A DNA stretch of 55,890 nt, filler included, from Sphacelaria rigidula (lineage: Eukaryota): NCBI GenBank assembly GCA_964200075.2. It is 6 parts of 6 records of this genome, joined end to end, with 100 filler letters (N's around TTAATTAATTAA, not from the genome) between each part and the next. Parts side by side here need not be neighbours in the genome. Positions count along the whole stretch, not along the records: positions 1 to 9,232 come from CAXNAA020008975.1; positions 9,333 to 18,564 come from CAXNAA020008976.1; 4 more parts are not named here. One strand, given 5' to 3'. The stretch's first letter is position 1. Every line of letters starts with the position of its first letter. Shown one piece after another: positions 1 to 13,200 of this stretch. The position numbers and the translations under genes were made by a program. The notes beneath the pieces are model-generated. The model saw only the letters and a list, made by a program, of their open reading frames with translations, had not been told where the DNA came from and made no database searches.

Positions 1-270
1 GAATGAATATTGTTCTCGTACGTGAATTTTTTCGTGTGTGTGTATGTGTTTTTTTTTTTTTTTTCAATGTGCGTGCATAAGACTTTTTTTAGTTTCTTCG
101 TTTCTTCTGTTGTTCTTGTCTTGTTTTGGTTTCGTGTTAGTGAGGAAGTACGTGGATTGGTTACTGCTGCGTGCTGTTGTTGTTTTTGGTGCTGCTGTTG
201 TTACTCACCATGTAGGCTTGGTGCTACATGGTGCTCCTGCTGCTCGGTGAGGTGTCGGCGCAAAAGATAG

Positions 271-533
271 CAAGGGTCGGACGAACTAATGATTCGTCCG
301 GGAACCACTTGATTTTAGTGTGATTGATTCGCACCGCACAAATCAATCCTTGAACTTTGTTTTCGGGCGTTGCAACCCAGGTACGCGCAGCTGAGGCACG
401 TGGAATGGCGCGAAAATTACGTGGAGACCTTTTTGACCAGCGGTCAACTTTTGTTCCTCTCTTTCGAGCAATCAGGCCCGAAAAATCGTAGATTTGGTGA
501 TTCAAACCGATGATGATTCGTTCGAACCGTGAA
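271..533 (+). repeat. dispersed repeat (other copies at 48961-49220 and inverted partial at ~19357-19446)
   Basis: Colinear similarity from caagggtc(g/a)gac through gcgttgcaacccaggtac to gatttggtgatt..aaccgtgaa. Confidence 0.75.
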
Positions 534-1654
534 AGACAGCCTTACAGCTAACGCAGAGAAATTGCACGCTTTGCTTTCCCATTACGAAGTTACCTCCCTC
601 TCACCCCGATAGTGTCGATTTCTTGAGGACAAGGGTGTTGCGCGCACACATCTTGTGGCTTTCACTAAAATCTTGCCCTCTTTGCTTGCTCTCTGGGAGA
701 CTGGCAGCTGGTCCACGCGGTTGCAGTACCTTTTTACGATGTGCCCCGCGTTTTTTGTTTTTTTTTCCCATCTGTGTTGCTTCTTGTCTTCTCTGGGGGA
801 CGGGAAACGTGTCCACGCCGTGTACAGGGCTGTTGTACCTGAACTTTTGTAGAGTACATGTTCGTCTCGTTTTTATGATGTGTGCTGCTTCCCGCATCGG
901 GTTCGACCGAAAGATTCGTGGTGAGGCCGTGTCTTATCAAAATATTTCCATTTCGAAAAAGTGCGGTAAAACCGAATTCGCCCGTATCTGATCCGTCCAC
1001 GTCATTTATTTTCTCAGATGGTTGAGAGCCTGAATGCTGTGGACGTATCAGGTACGAGCGAATTCGATTCCACCGCACGTTTTCGAGCCGAAGACAATTT
1101 GATAATACACGGCCTGAGGCTGTAATGACCGTACACCAAATCGCGCCGACTGTGGTTCAGCCATTCGTTTCGCGACGTAAAGCAGTTACAGCACCGACTA
1201 CAAAGGGTCTTGTGCACTTTCGGAGTCGGTAGGGTAAAAGGTTTGGAATCCACTCGTGCCTACTTCTTACCATGATTCGCATGGTTGGAGGTTGTTCCTT
1301 CTCCTCTCGGTGTTGTTGCATCGGCTTCTTTGGCGAGGGCTCCCCCCCCCCCCCCCGAATTGCGGGCGCACGAACGTCGGAACACGAATGGTCCACCGAC
1401 TTCGTTTTGCAAACTTGTCACCGGCGGGGGCGNNNNNNNNNNTTCGCCTGGTTGGGGGGTTTTTCTTCCCCCCCCGGTGTTGTTTCATCCGCTTCCTTGG
1501 GGGGGGGCCCCCCCCCCCCCCCCCCCAGAATGAGCGGACAATCATCGTCGGAACACGATTGGTCCACAGTCTTGCTCTTGTCAATTTGTCACGTGTGGCG
1601 GCGCAATTTTTCGATGTGTCGGTGTCGATCAACGTTTCTTCTCTGCTGAGGTAG

Positions 1655-4600
1655 TCCTGAGGTGCGATACGGGGTGGGAGGGCTCTGGTTCAACAGCCTC
1701 GTGGCGTACGCTAACGTACTGGACGGGGCCATAGACGTGGCCTACGAGAAGATATTGTGCTGCGCTGACGTCATGGAGAGCAATCCCGGCATCTTGCGGT
1801 TCCCGGCATGGTAAGGCTTTGAAGCTTTTGTAGTACAAGGTGCGTTCCAGTCTTGCGTTTGTTGTTTCAGTGTATCATACCATACAGTACGACATTTTTC
1901 CTTTGTCGTTTTTTCTCGTTCCTTGACGCGCGATATTGACCGCTGCCCACGACTGTACGCTTTCCGGACGGTGTGGAAACAAAACGCTGGTCTGTCCTAT
2001 TGTGTTGTTGTTGTTGTTGCTGTTGCTGTTGTGTTTGTGCGTGTAGATATTGTAAACCTTGCGCGCGAAGAACATGTATAACTGCGGCTTGCCGATGCTG
2101 TAGCGGTTGAAATCCTGATTTGCGCGATTGGCGACGGAGGCTAGCAGCCGCAAGGAATATCTGCCATTTTGGTTGGTGCAGTCGATTTTTTTAGCTAGTG
2201 ACGGGGGGCGGGTGCACCGCAGAATGCCACTATTCTCCTCCTCCCCGATCGCCCTGTGCACAAACGGGACTTCATCAATGCACGGAGCATACATATCTAT
2301 TTTTTCAACAACAAAAAAGGCGTAACATTTCTACTCTGTAAGAGCATGCGTCAGGTGGGAGCGATGAGAAAAATTACGTGATCGTCACCGTGCCCTGACA
2401 AGGTGAAACGCGCGTGTAGTCATGTTCTACAAAATGAAGTAGACACGTGCACAGGGGTGGTTCCGGTGCTTGGGATCCAGATGCTTGGGTCAGTCGAGTG
2501 GCACACCTCGCCCTGAGCACGTGTGGTCACGCGGACCGCGGAGGCAAATCGTAGGCAGAGAATCAGAACTCCTCGCTACTGACCAATGAAGAACAGGCAG
2601 TGGGGCTCCTGCCCAATTGTTGGAGGTGTGAAGCACAGATATTTGTGAGGAAGAGCATCGTCGATTTCGGAGGAAAGTGTGGGTGAGCGGCTACAATTTC
2701 CCATGCACTATGTTAGCAATATTTGTTTCCTTACTCGCCCACCAGATCAATGCTCGAAGCGGGGGTCTTTGATGAGCTGTTGGTACGTGTGCGCACACGA
2801 GAAGTTGAGACGTATGAAAGCGTTCTGTGGGTTTAATACGTGTAATTTACAACCACTCGCGTAGTGGAAGCGTTTTTTTTTTTTCCCGCTTTGTCCAAGT
2901 AGCGCCTGTCCATGTGATTCATTCGGCGATGATTTTCACGTGAAGAGAGGACCAGATGGAGTCGGTCACTTCGGAATGACTAGCTGCTCTGTTCAAGAAA
3001 AGTCCGGTACACACATCCACGACTTCGGTTGTTCTTTGGACTTGGGGCGAGTGGGGGGAATTTCGCATAAAAATCATGAAATCCGTTACACGTCGGACAG
3101 CGCATAGTGTGTGTGTGTGTGTGTTTGTGTGGTGCCATCCCATTTATTCTGGACGTCGGTCTACACCTTTCGGTGTATGTGGGCGCACCAGCGGGGGTCA
3201 AACAGGAGGAGTGCCAGCACAGGAGTGTTTTCTTGAGCGCATAAGCTACCCAAAATAACCAATGGAAAATGACTCTCAGATCCCTTGTTCAAGAACACAA
3301 ACTATGTGACAGCGGGTCCGAGAAGCCAAGCCTTCACCTTTACGCTACTTCGCGTGCTCGGCGTCCAGCGCTTTAGGCAGCGAATATGGCGAAGGGGGCC
3401 AAATGAGCCAGGTCATGATCCGGATCAGTACACTAATAAAAAGTAATGTTCAGGTAGAGGTAATTCATGAGCTGTCCCATGTGTGACTTCCTTCGCGTTA
3501 TGGTGGTTATTCTTCTTTCAAGTATTTGCTGGTTCTTGAAGGCTGTCACGGACAATTTGTGCTTCGGACGCCAAACTGCGTGCACCACAAATCGCGATTG
3601 AGTGCGCCGAGATGATTTTCCGAGATGGCATATTTATTCCGTATGCCCGTCTTTCCGCGCGGAGAATATCGTCGAAGGGCCAGAATAGGCATTCTTGGAA
3701 GATAACTATTATTCCGTTTCCAAAAAAGGTGCTCTCAATGAAAACATTTCACACCATGGACGATATATGGTCAATAGATGCAATAGACGAGGGGTGTACT
3801 GCACAAAATACAGGCCTATTGCAACTATTGCCGGCCGACAATAGTCGCAATAGGCCTATACTTTATGCAGTACTTTTCTTGTTGACCGCAACTATTGACC
3901 ATATATTGTCCAAGGTGTGAAACATCTAAAAAATATTTTGTATCTCTCGCGGTTGTTAATCCGTCATCTGGACAGTTTCGGAATCCTCCTTTTCCCAGCG
4001 TGATGATGTTCATCATGTGTCGTGAGAAGGAATCTAAAATTGTTCTTCCATCTAATTGACCAGATACATGAGGAAAAAAAAGTTGGCCTAAGAACAGAAA
4101 CACCATGTTTCCCGATTTTTTTTTCAACTCCAAGTTCACTTGGCGACACACTACCCTGATGGTCATTTTCCGTGCCTCAATGGTCATTTTTTGTACATTA
4201 GGCAACAGACCATTTCCGGCTCTATTCTCCAGAAGAAGTACATGCACGTCACCCATGCGGCGCGACCTGAAACGGCTGAGGTGAAAATGCTGGAACTTGT
4301 GTGTGCGATACATAGATACCGCGTAGAGCCCAACAATTTTTCCGTTTTAATTCCGTCCTGCTCTGTTTCGTTTTTTCCTCTCACGGTTTTTCGCTTGCCT
4401 TCCGTTTTCTCTGCAATCCTTGTAGGGGGCACTTGGGACACTGCGTGCTGGCGGTGCTTGCTTCCACCTGCTCTTGCACGCGATACGAGCGCATACGGCT
4501 CGCCTACAACACAGTCATCGACGCAAGCAAACCGCGTGCGCCGCCCATGGAGGAGTGGGAAGGAATGCATCAAATTTGTGATGCCCTGTTTTGCAGGTGG

Positions 4601-6648
4601 GCAGTCACGGCATCTTCTGTTTTTGCTTATACTGAGAACGCGATGCTCCCACGGAAATCTGGTCCCCCAGGCCAAATTTACCAGAGGTTCTTTCCCACGA
4701 CCAACTGAGAAACGGTTTTGGATGGGAAGACGAGGAAACAACAACAACAACTGCTTGCTGCTGTCCTGTCCCCAAGGAGAGGCTACCTCCATCTAGGAGT
4801 ATCAAGCTGCGTGTGCTCCGCGAAGCCGGACTCTACGACTGAAGAACCTACACAGCCCACGGTAGCCAATCTCCCGTAGGCGCATGGTGTATTTATTTAT
4901 CTGGCGGCGAACGTGCTCTCCACGACGCTTGTTACTTCAACTTTGTATCCCTGTACTGCACGAGGCCGTGGTCCCACGGGACCAACCCTCTTTTCTCTTT
5001 CCCGACATGCAGTTGCCTGACGACATGTTTTTGTCGAGCACTCGATCAAAAGTCCCATAGCCTGCCGATACTCCGACGGAATGCTCATTTTCTTGCTTGC
5101 TGTTTCACCGCGGGATACAATATTTCGTGCTTGATTCCTTCTGGACTGTGAGGCGTTCAGGAATCTTGATTACAGGAGCACTCGTGCATCCACAAAGTAC
5201 AAAACGGAAAGGAGTCTGCGGTAGCACTCCTCGGATACAAAAATGGACAGTGAACGTAGTCAACAGGATTAGCTGCTGTTCTGCGGTGGATTTGTGGTTG
5301 CAACATTTGTTGCTGTGGTTTGGTGTTGAATATGCGAAAAATCTGTCTTGCGGGCGGGGATGCAAATACTCGCAGCTGCTTTGCGGTCAGGGTGATTGCA
5401 TGACGCCGTTGCACAGGAATGGACAAGTAGCTCACGATTTACAGTGGGCGATTCCCACAACTGCATGAATAGGGCAAACTACGCTTATGACAAGGCGACA
5501 GGTTGTTGGAATGGAAAGGCAACGTAGTGCAGGACATGCGTCTGTCACTCCTCGCGTAGCTCTCATTGCTGATCATAGCTTAACCCTCTCGATGTCACTC
5601 ATCCTCATCGCCTCTGTCGTCCCTCCTCACCTCCCTCAACACGCACAGGTCTCTACATTCTCAACTCGCACACAAGGCTCTGGAAGCAGAATCCGAATCG
5701 GACAGCTCGGCCCCCAGTGCACTGCATGACCCCGCTGACACCCCGGCGAGATTCCCCCCTGATACCGCAAGTGCAACCACGGGGGCGGTTCTCAGCAGCA
5801 GCAGCAACATCAGCACCAACCTCGAAGATCCTGCAGTGAATCCAGCAGAAAATGGCCGGAATGTCGCCAACCCGAACTCAGGGTGCTGCAGTAGTAATAA
5901 AGCAGGCGTTAGGGAAAAGTGCGTGATGCAGCGCGGGCGAGAAGATGGGTTGGATGTGATGAAAACGGAGGACCCGGGGGTGATCGGGGTGGTTGACGTT
6001 GCTGCTCAGGTGCCCAGCGGGATGTGGGGGGAGGAGACACGGTCTGTCGTATCTTTTCCCGTGATTGCTACCAGCGCTAGCATTAATGCAGATTCGACCA
6101 TCAGCGTAGATTCTCAGGCTGGTGATGGATCTGAAGTCGGCGCTGGTACCACCAGTGTCGGGTCGGGGGCAATATCTTTTGGTGTTCCTGCTGACGAAAA
6201 TTATCGTCCGCAAACATGTAACGATGCGCACGGCGTGGATGTTGGCAGCGGCATGGCCGCGCGAGGGGGTACAGCCGATGCGACGAGCACAACTATGTCG
6301 CAGGAAATACCCTCCGCGGGTTCCGACGATGCGTTGGAGAGGGTGCCCCCCTCGATGAAAAGCGATGGCGTCGATGGTTCGAACGCCGGTGCTAATATAA
6401 CTTCCCGAGCGGACGCCCAGGGAGGTCTGCCCGGCGAGGCGTTAGGCGGTGGTGACGGAGCGATCTCGGCAGAATGTGCGGACGGTGATGATCGGTCTGA
6501 TCACAGCAGCTTGATGGATGCGGTAGATGCGCTTATGGACAATGGGTACATGGACAACTTCGAGGACCTGTATGGAGGGAAGGAAGGGGATGGCGATGGA
6601 TTGATGCCGCTTGAAGTAGATTTTGCTGCAGGCGACATTTCATTGTGA
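1655..6648 (+). CDS. 5'-partial spliced gene; C-terminal region resembling a brown-algal expanded family (often Zn2Cys6 zinc-cluster transcription factors), followed by a long acidic low-complexity tail
   Basis: Exons 1655-1810, 4426-4596 and 5649-6648 (stop TGA) with AG/GT boundaries; both introns are phase 2 and join in frame: ..PEVRYGVGGLWFNSLVAYANVLDGAIDVAYEKILCCADVMESNPGILRFPAW|GHLGHCVLAVLASTCSCTRYERIRLAYNTVIDASKPRAPPMEEWEGMHQICDALFCR|SLHSQLAHK... Family assignment is from recalled motif similarity (GxGGL..N, PG..RF..W.H..H, PP.EEW.G...CD...CR); no zinc cluster is present in the window. The acceptor at 1655 is the least certain boundary. Confidence 0.7.
3107..3234 (-). mobile_element. 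3' fragment of the same SINE
   Basis: Reverse complement of the SINE 3' end: (GT)n, cccatttattctggac..ggtctacacctttcggtgtatgtgggcgcaccagc. Confidence 0.7.
3750..3919. mobile_element. hAT-type MITE, near-palindromic
   Basis: TIR cacaccatggacgatatatggtcaatag / ctattgaccatatattgtccaaggtgtg; TSD aaacattt / aaacatct. Confidence 0.75.
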
Positions 6649-7854
6649 TAAATAAATAGAAGAACTTGTCATCTACGCCCTTAACTGTTTTCGTTCGTGG
6701 ACGTCGCGTTCACCTTCCCCCGTTGTTTCGTGTGTTTTTGTATTCGTCTAGTTTTAGCGTGCCTTGGGTCGCCAGTCTCTTGTCGTGTGCAACATATAGG
6801 GCTGGTACGCGTATATTTTCTGTCGTTACTGCTGTTTCGCCTGTGGGGTCTGGGATATACAGATGTCAAAATGGTATGAGAACATGTACTGTTGTGTACT
6901 GTGTACTGTGTACTGTGTACTGCGTCGGGGTTATGGATTAATACGGGCTCTCTTGGCTCCGCCTCTTTCAAGCGGAAGGTATCGACAGTTGCTGCACACC
7001 ATCCAGTGTATGCCCGTCGTAGAGTACCATGCGTCAGGTATCGGGTTGAAGTCGATACGAGCTTGCCGCTGTCGCATCGTAGAGTAAATTTTGTATAATA
7101 CAACCCCCACCCCCCCGCATCCATGGGGTGCTGATATTTCGACAGATGGGCTCTCCACATGGTACCAACCACAAGCAACCAGGCTTCAATCACTGTCGCA
7201 CATTTAGTGATCCCCGAGAAACCGGTCCATGGTCACCAGGCACACAAAACGGACGGCAAGACCAGTCGCTAGGACCCTCAAAAGCCGTGATTTGCGATGC
7301 GATTGATTTTGGAGACACGTTCCAGGTACGACCTTGCAAATCTCAAGGCTCTCTCAAACAGGAGGGGAAGTGCAGGCACATGTTTTCCTTCTCTGTTCAC
7401 GGCGAGTTTTTCACCAGTAAGAGATCGGCCCAATGATACGCCACCATATTTCCTTTACACCGTTCGTCCTTTCAGAGCCATCGCCACAACACTCGCCTAC
7501 TATTTGGGAGAGTCAAGAACGAGATGGCTTCAGCTGTTCCGATCCCATGGCACAAGTCAGGCATATCGCATCAGTGGCAATATGACCCCCCGCGTGACAA
7601 CACTTCCGTTTCGCCTGGTGTGCATGCTTGAGGCCTGTTGCTTCATGCGTTCAGAGACGGGAATGCAAGCGTGGGCCAAAGAGGGACCATTCGTGAGCAG
7701 CAATGCATCATCTTATGACGTCGGCCCAGGAACGAGGTTAGAGCACTCGGCCCCTGGTTGCCACCTTTCCCGTGACGCATTTCGTCCTGCTCAGTGTCGT
7801 ACGCCTTTCGTCTCGCTTGTTGTCCAACTCCGTATTTATACCACTACAGAAGAC

Positions 7855-8192
7855 GGTCGTCCTGGTGGCTCAGTTGGTAACCTCAAAACCTTTTGACGGT
7901 TGCAACGTGGGTTCACATCTCGGTGAAGTCACAAGATCTGGACTAGTTTGCACACCAAATTCGAAAAAAATCGACTTCACGGTCGACGACGGAAAGGGAC
8001 TGCTGAACCCCTCTCGCGATTAAAAATAAAGGAAAGCACCGCTGAAGGAACGTGGGGTACCAAAAACAAATGGGAAAAAAAGCTCCTGTGTTGACCTTCC
8101 TACTACTGTGTGACCCCGGCTGGTGCGCCCACATATACCGAAATGTGTAGACCGGCACCCAGAATTGATGGGACGACAACACACACACACAC
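7855..8192 (+). mobile_element. tRNA-derived SINE, full-length-like copy
   Basis: A-box TGGCTCAGTTGG (7866-7877), B-box-like GGTTCACATCT (~7910), body shared with other copies, (CA)n tail. Confidence 0.75.
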
Positions 8193-8465
8193 ATGCCCAA
8201 CAATAGAGAGCGATCATGCATGTCGCGGGTACATAAAGTTCGACCTCACGGCCGTCGAGGGAAAGGGAACGTTGAACCCTTCCCGCGGAAAAAAAAGGAA
8301 GGCAATCACCGCACGCAGAAGGGAGGTGGAGTCCTATTAATTAAAAAAACTGAAACGGAGAAAACGCCCGTGTTAACCTTCCTTTTGGTGACCGCAGCTG
8401 ATGCGCCCACAAATACCGGAAGGTGTAGACTGGCACCCAGAACAGATGGGATGACAACACACACA
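8193..8465 (+). mobile_element. 5'-truncated copy of the same SINE, in tandem with the previous copy
   Basis: Shares atgcccaaca..gagagcga, gtgtagac.ggcacccagaa..gatggga and the CA tail with 14055-14320. Confidence 0.7.
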
Positions 8466-9232
8466 GTGCCATGGTGATGCCCTCCGTTACTACTGTGTCG
8501 CGCTTCACGTCATGTTGACCTTGCCATTTTTATTCCGCTGTTTCCCGTCCGATTGTTCGCGGGGGTAGTGATGGAGCCAAACAGCAACACGAGAACACAC
8601 TGAATCGTCCAAACGAGACATACACTGAAGCGCCCACACACGTGCAATTTTCCATCCGTGAACAGGGCAACATGCCATTTCTTGTTTGACCCATTTTTTT
8701 CACAGGTAGACCATGGTCGACGACCTTCCGGCGCTTCCATGTACGAAACACTGTTTACTTGCCCCGGCCAATTGCTTTGCTTCAAGCAAACAAATCATTC
8801 CAACGTTCGCCGGTGTACTCGAGACGATGCCAATCGTTAGGCTTTTGCTTCTCATGCTTTCGCATAGTTCGCATAAATCATGCCTTCTTGTTTTCGGTAT
8901 TGCATACTAAAATCAAGTAATTGTAACGCCTCGGCGGGGTTTCCGCTCCGAAATGACCCCCTTTTGAACAAGGCGCATATATTTTCTGGGAAAAAACGCA
9001 TAAGAAGCAAAAGCTCACCAATCGTATGGCTTGTATTGGAGCTTCGTTCCAGCGGTATGAATTAGAGGACGCGGTCATGCCATATGCTCCAGAAACCTGC
9101 CCATCATCCCATCATGATACGGCAACGGTACCACCACACATCGATGGTATCAAATGTCCCCCCCCCCCCCCCCCCCCCCGGCGTTGCGCGCGGCAAACAC
9201 CACCCCGCAGGCGCCGACCCCCCCCCCGAACT

Positions 9233-9332
9233 NNNNNNNNNNNNNNNNNNNNNNNNNNNNNNNNNNNNNNNNNNNNTTAATTAATTAANNNNNNNNNNNN
9301 NNNNNNNNNNNNNNNNNNNNNNNNNNNNNNNN
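9233..9332. other. artificial contig linker
   Basis: 44 N + TTAATTAATTAA (stops in all six frames) + 44 N. Confidence 0.97.
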
Positions 9333-10006
9333 CTACTTTGTTTTCTCACGTTCTCACGCTTACCACGGTGGGAATCATATATTACGAAGAAAAACCCCAA
9401 CGCATCGGGAATCGGACCCTCGTTCTCTCCACCCTAGTGGCGACAGTCGGACCATTACACCACCGGGGCGCGGCAATCTGGCATCTGATATTCGGCAAGG
9501 AACAATAATGACAACACATATTTTGTAGACACAATGGCGGGTCCTTGATATAAGGCATCCCATGATATGGCGAGCTTAGCGATAAGACACGTGGTTTCGG
9601 TTTGTCAATTAAGTTTATATAAGGGATAACCCATGTACTTCCATGTTCTGTGCACGTAGTGTGTAAGTGCCGCCTTCAATCGCTATCAGTTTTAATTAAA
9701 ATTATTACTACCCGATCCCCTACTTTCATTCCACAAGGTGTCATATGTCTGCTTCCTTTTTCCTCGTTTCATATTTTGAAAACAACGGTTGAAGATGGGC
9801 TACGCCCGCGCGCCTCGCCTCGCGTCGCTCGTATATGAAACTATTCCGAAGTGAAGCCAATTCACACGCATTGTACAAGAGCAAGGGCAGCGTATTTCAC
9901 CACGTTGTCTGACATCGGAACCTGAGGTGGACTGTTGCCAACACCTTTTCTCATACCTATGTACCCCTCGCCATTCAATCTCTTGAGCGACAGACAACAT
10001 TGAAGC

Positions 10007-10118
10007 CCTCTCTGCCCCCATTGCGGGTTGAGAGTTCGGTAAGTACGAGAATAGTAAAAGTAATGGAACAAACCAGAGCTCGAGTCACAGCCTCGTGAGA
10101 GAGGGGCTGATGAAGCCA
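10007..10118 (+). repeat. short dispersed repeat (second copy at ~16295-16405)
   Basis: Shared ctctctgccccc..gcggg/acggg..gag, gtacgag.atagt, tcacagcctcgtga. Confidence 0.55.
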
Positions 10119-10202
10119 CGATAAAGTTTGAGCGAGAGAGTGACGTGTGTGTGTAGAGATATCAACACATTTGTGCACTGATCTATTTTTGACCCCACAC
10201 AG

Positions 10203-13200
10203 GATTTCCACATGGACCTGATGGACACTATCGATGGTCTCCTATTGCCTGGAGGCAGGGCCATTTTGATACAACCGCAGCGGGGGGGCACGGCTGACCT
10301 CTTCGTGCAGCGGCTTTCGGATGCAAACTGCGGCGTTGCGGGGGGAGCTGGCGGCAGTGATGGCGATGGGGAAGCAGGAACGGGAGGAGCAGAGACGGTG
10401 CGGCGACCTGGACGACTTCGAGCCCGTCTTGTGGAGCGGTATGTGTCTTGTTGTTGCTGCCGCTGCCGCTGCTACTGATGTACCGTCTGTGGGCGATAGT
10501 GAGAGTTTGAACCACCCCAACCTCAATGGTACGTGGGTGGACGTTTGAAATTTGGAGTCAAAGATCACCAGAGTGCAACGGTGTTTGTTCAGGGGACTCC
10601 TTTCGCTGAACCACGCCAACCTCACCGGTACATGAGTGACCCGCTTTGTACCTGACTGAAGATGATGAGGGAGAGGCGCGCGGCGGGGTTGACACGGAAC
10701 CGTTATACCCCTTTCTATTCCTGTAGTTTACCTTACAACTTCAATGTTGTTTGCTTACGGTGCTCAGTCCAGATTCTGTCACGTCGGTGGGTTTCTATCT
10801 CCCCTAGACGTTCCTTATCTTCCGACCTCTCTGGTTCCGTCTTTTCTCAGTTCTTCCTTTCCTATCACCCTTTTGTTTTGTTTTGTTTGTTTTGGATGCT
10901 GCATCAGTGTTTGTGGCTCTCTCCTCGGAGCTCGCAAATGAGAGTCATGTCCATATTGTGTGGTTCACGAACAGCTGAGTCGCGACCTCCGTCCACCGCC
11001 GTCATACATATGTACGAAGTATATAAAATTCCACTTCGGGAGGATGGTACGCCCCCCCCGGGGGTGACGCAAGTCGAAAATATATGATTAAGAGAGGCTG
11101 TTCTATCTCAATGTACAGTAGTGACCGCGGCTATACAAAACATCGCATGTGCTATCGGATATCGTTCGGAAATATAGGAATTCGGACGGAGGCCGGCGGC
11201 GGAACCGTCGGGATAGAACATGTGTGGTATTCCCGAGGTGCCCGAGTGCGAAGTAGCTCGTATGCCACAAAGACATGACAGCGGGAGGCACTTACCGAAA
11301 AATTGGAATGCGTGGAACATTATTGGCATGCTCTTTGTACATCAGTGTGGCTTCCACATCACCGGGCCTTCTTTTAAAACAGGGTGATTGTTCTTTGCTG
11401 CAAAACTTCCCTGTGCTGCCGTGCTGCCGTGCTGCCGTGCTGCTGTGCCTTGTTCAACTTGCCAACGGCCTATTGCACGGTCTTGTATTTTCTGGTGACT
11501 AAGGCCACGGCAATGTTCGATTGTTTCCAATTGCTCTGCTCTCATGTTCACGTGACATTGGCGGCATAACCGGTGTAATCGTGCTCCCAAATGAACGAGA
11601 ACGCGGCAAAGAGAAGCACGGGGAAAAACCACCCCGCCAAAAGTAGTCCTGTTTGAAGATTTCCATGATCTTCAACAGGCTTTATTTGTGGTTCAGGTTC
11701 TTGCTGCAAGTTTTCCATGATCCTGAAAAGGCTCTTGCGGTTCAGGATCGACACCCCGCGGAAAAGGGCCAGTTTGAGCGACTTTCGGTGGCCAGAACAC
11801 GCGCCACAGGTATCAGATGACACCCAAGCGTGAACGGTAATGTACCGCTGAGCCTTCCCGGTGCGCTGCAAAAGGAAGCGCGGTAAAAAATACCTTGCCG
11901 CCAGAGGAAACTCGGCAAAAGTGGTAAACAATGTGAAATGATACATGCACATATATTACACGACCTCCATACCTGAAGCCACGCGGCACGGGCGGACCTT
12001 TCTTTCTTTCTTTTTTAGCCGGTCCGGCACTTGATCTGTAAGGGAAAAAGAGCCACCCTCTTCCCCGTGACCGACACCGATCCATCGACAGCATCCGCGG
12101 TCTCATCTGTTTTCTCCGCCGTCCGTCCCCCGAGCGACTTCTTAATCCCACTACCCGAAGAACTGGCACGTGTGGTGCCCCCGCCGCTGCCGTCACTGAT
12201 GCTATTGACACTATTTTCCCAAACACGTACCCAGCATACTACTACAGTGTACATCGCCTGACACTTGTAAGCCGTCCGTTGACTGTGGCCCGCCGGGGAT
12301 ACGTCGTGGGATATTTCTGTATCCATACCTGTATGCCTACACCGCAGTCGACGTGCAACCATAGTGCGGTCAAACACACTTCTCACATGTCCGATTCTAC
12401 TCACTAATGCCAAGTAATTCCACTATGCCAGTGTATTGCGGGGCCCCGCCACAGTGCGGTCATGCCGTGCTAGCGACTATGTACACTATGCTAGCACTTC
12501 CTCTGTACTGTATCGGGGTATGCAGCATATCAGCCCCCCCCCCCCCCCCCCCCCCCCCCAACCCACACCCCACCACACCCCCCCTCTTTTTCCGCCTCAC
12601 CAAACCCTTCGNNNNNNNNNNGGTGACCCCCGCCTTTCGTCTTTTTACACTATTCTCCCCCCCCCTCTTTACTTTTTTGGGGATTGCAGCAAATTACCCC
12701 CCCCCCCCCCCCCCTTCCGCAAAATACCATCCCGAGGTGATCAGCTTCTTGGGTCTCCAATAAGTCATCACTTGGGCGTCGTAGATTTTCCACCGTATCC
12801 CAAGTACAATCATAGTGACTTCTCCAATGGAGATATGGTACAAACGGTATCTACCTGGCTTATGCAGAATGTCATACTGTTTTTTTGTCAGACCACGAGT
12901 CGTTCTGAGAAATATCGAGTGCGTGTGTGTGCACGCGCGAACCAAGGATGAGTGTGGAGACCACATATTTATGAGCGTAATGGCATCCAAATACACATGC
13001 GAGCCGGAGAAGTAGTCGCCGGAACGGGGTCTGCCAGTGACACACATGAGTGGACCCGAAACGTTCAAGCCTGTGAAACTTGACCTTCGGCAACCTAGGC
13101 AAACCGGGTCTCCGGTACAAGAGCCCAAAACAACGGGGTCACCGCATGAACCCTGGTGGAACGTAGCCGGTACTACTGCACCATCTCGTTCACTTCTTCT

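Noticed and set aside
1270-1610. Diverged tandem duplication around a 10-N gap
   Set aside because: Each copy degrades on the side beyond the poly-C run; typical of low-quality read ends that failed to merge, so an assembly artefact.
2555-2682. Possible extra exon in gene 1 (good GTGAGC donor)
   Set aside because: No pyrimidine tract, its open frame does not fit the phase-2 donor at 1810, and 1810 joins 4426 directly into a coherent motif.
4140-4796. 218-aa and 202-aa ORFs on opposite strands
   Set aside because: The real exon (4426-4596) is in another frame; these ORFs read through intron sequence.
7855-7930. tRNA gene
   Set aside because: The D-stem does not pair and the head is attached to a conserved repeat body in several copies; better explained as a SINE head.
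9277-9288. TTAATTAATTAA recurring every ~9.33 kb as a periodic biological motif
   Set aside because: Always centred in N runs; it is a synthetic six-frame stop linker.
12530-12720. Poly-C flanked duplication and proline-rich ORFs around a 10-N gap
   Set aside because: Same homopolymer artefact; the poly-Pro ORFs are translations of C runs.
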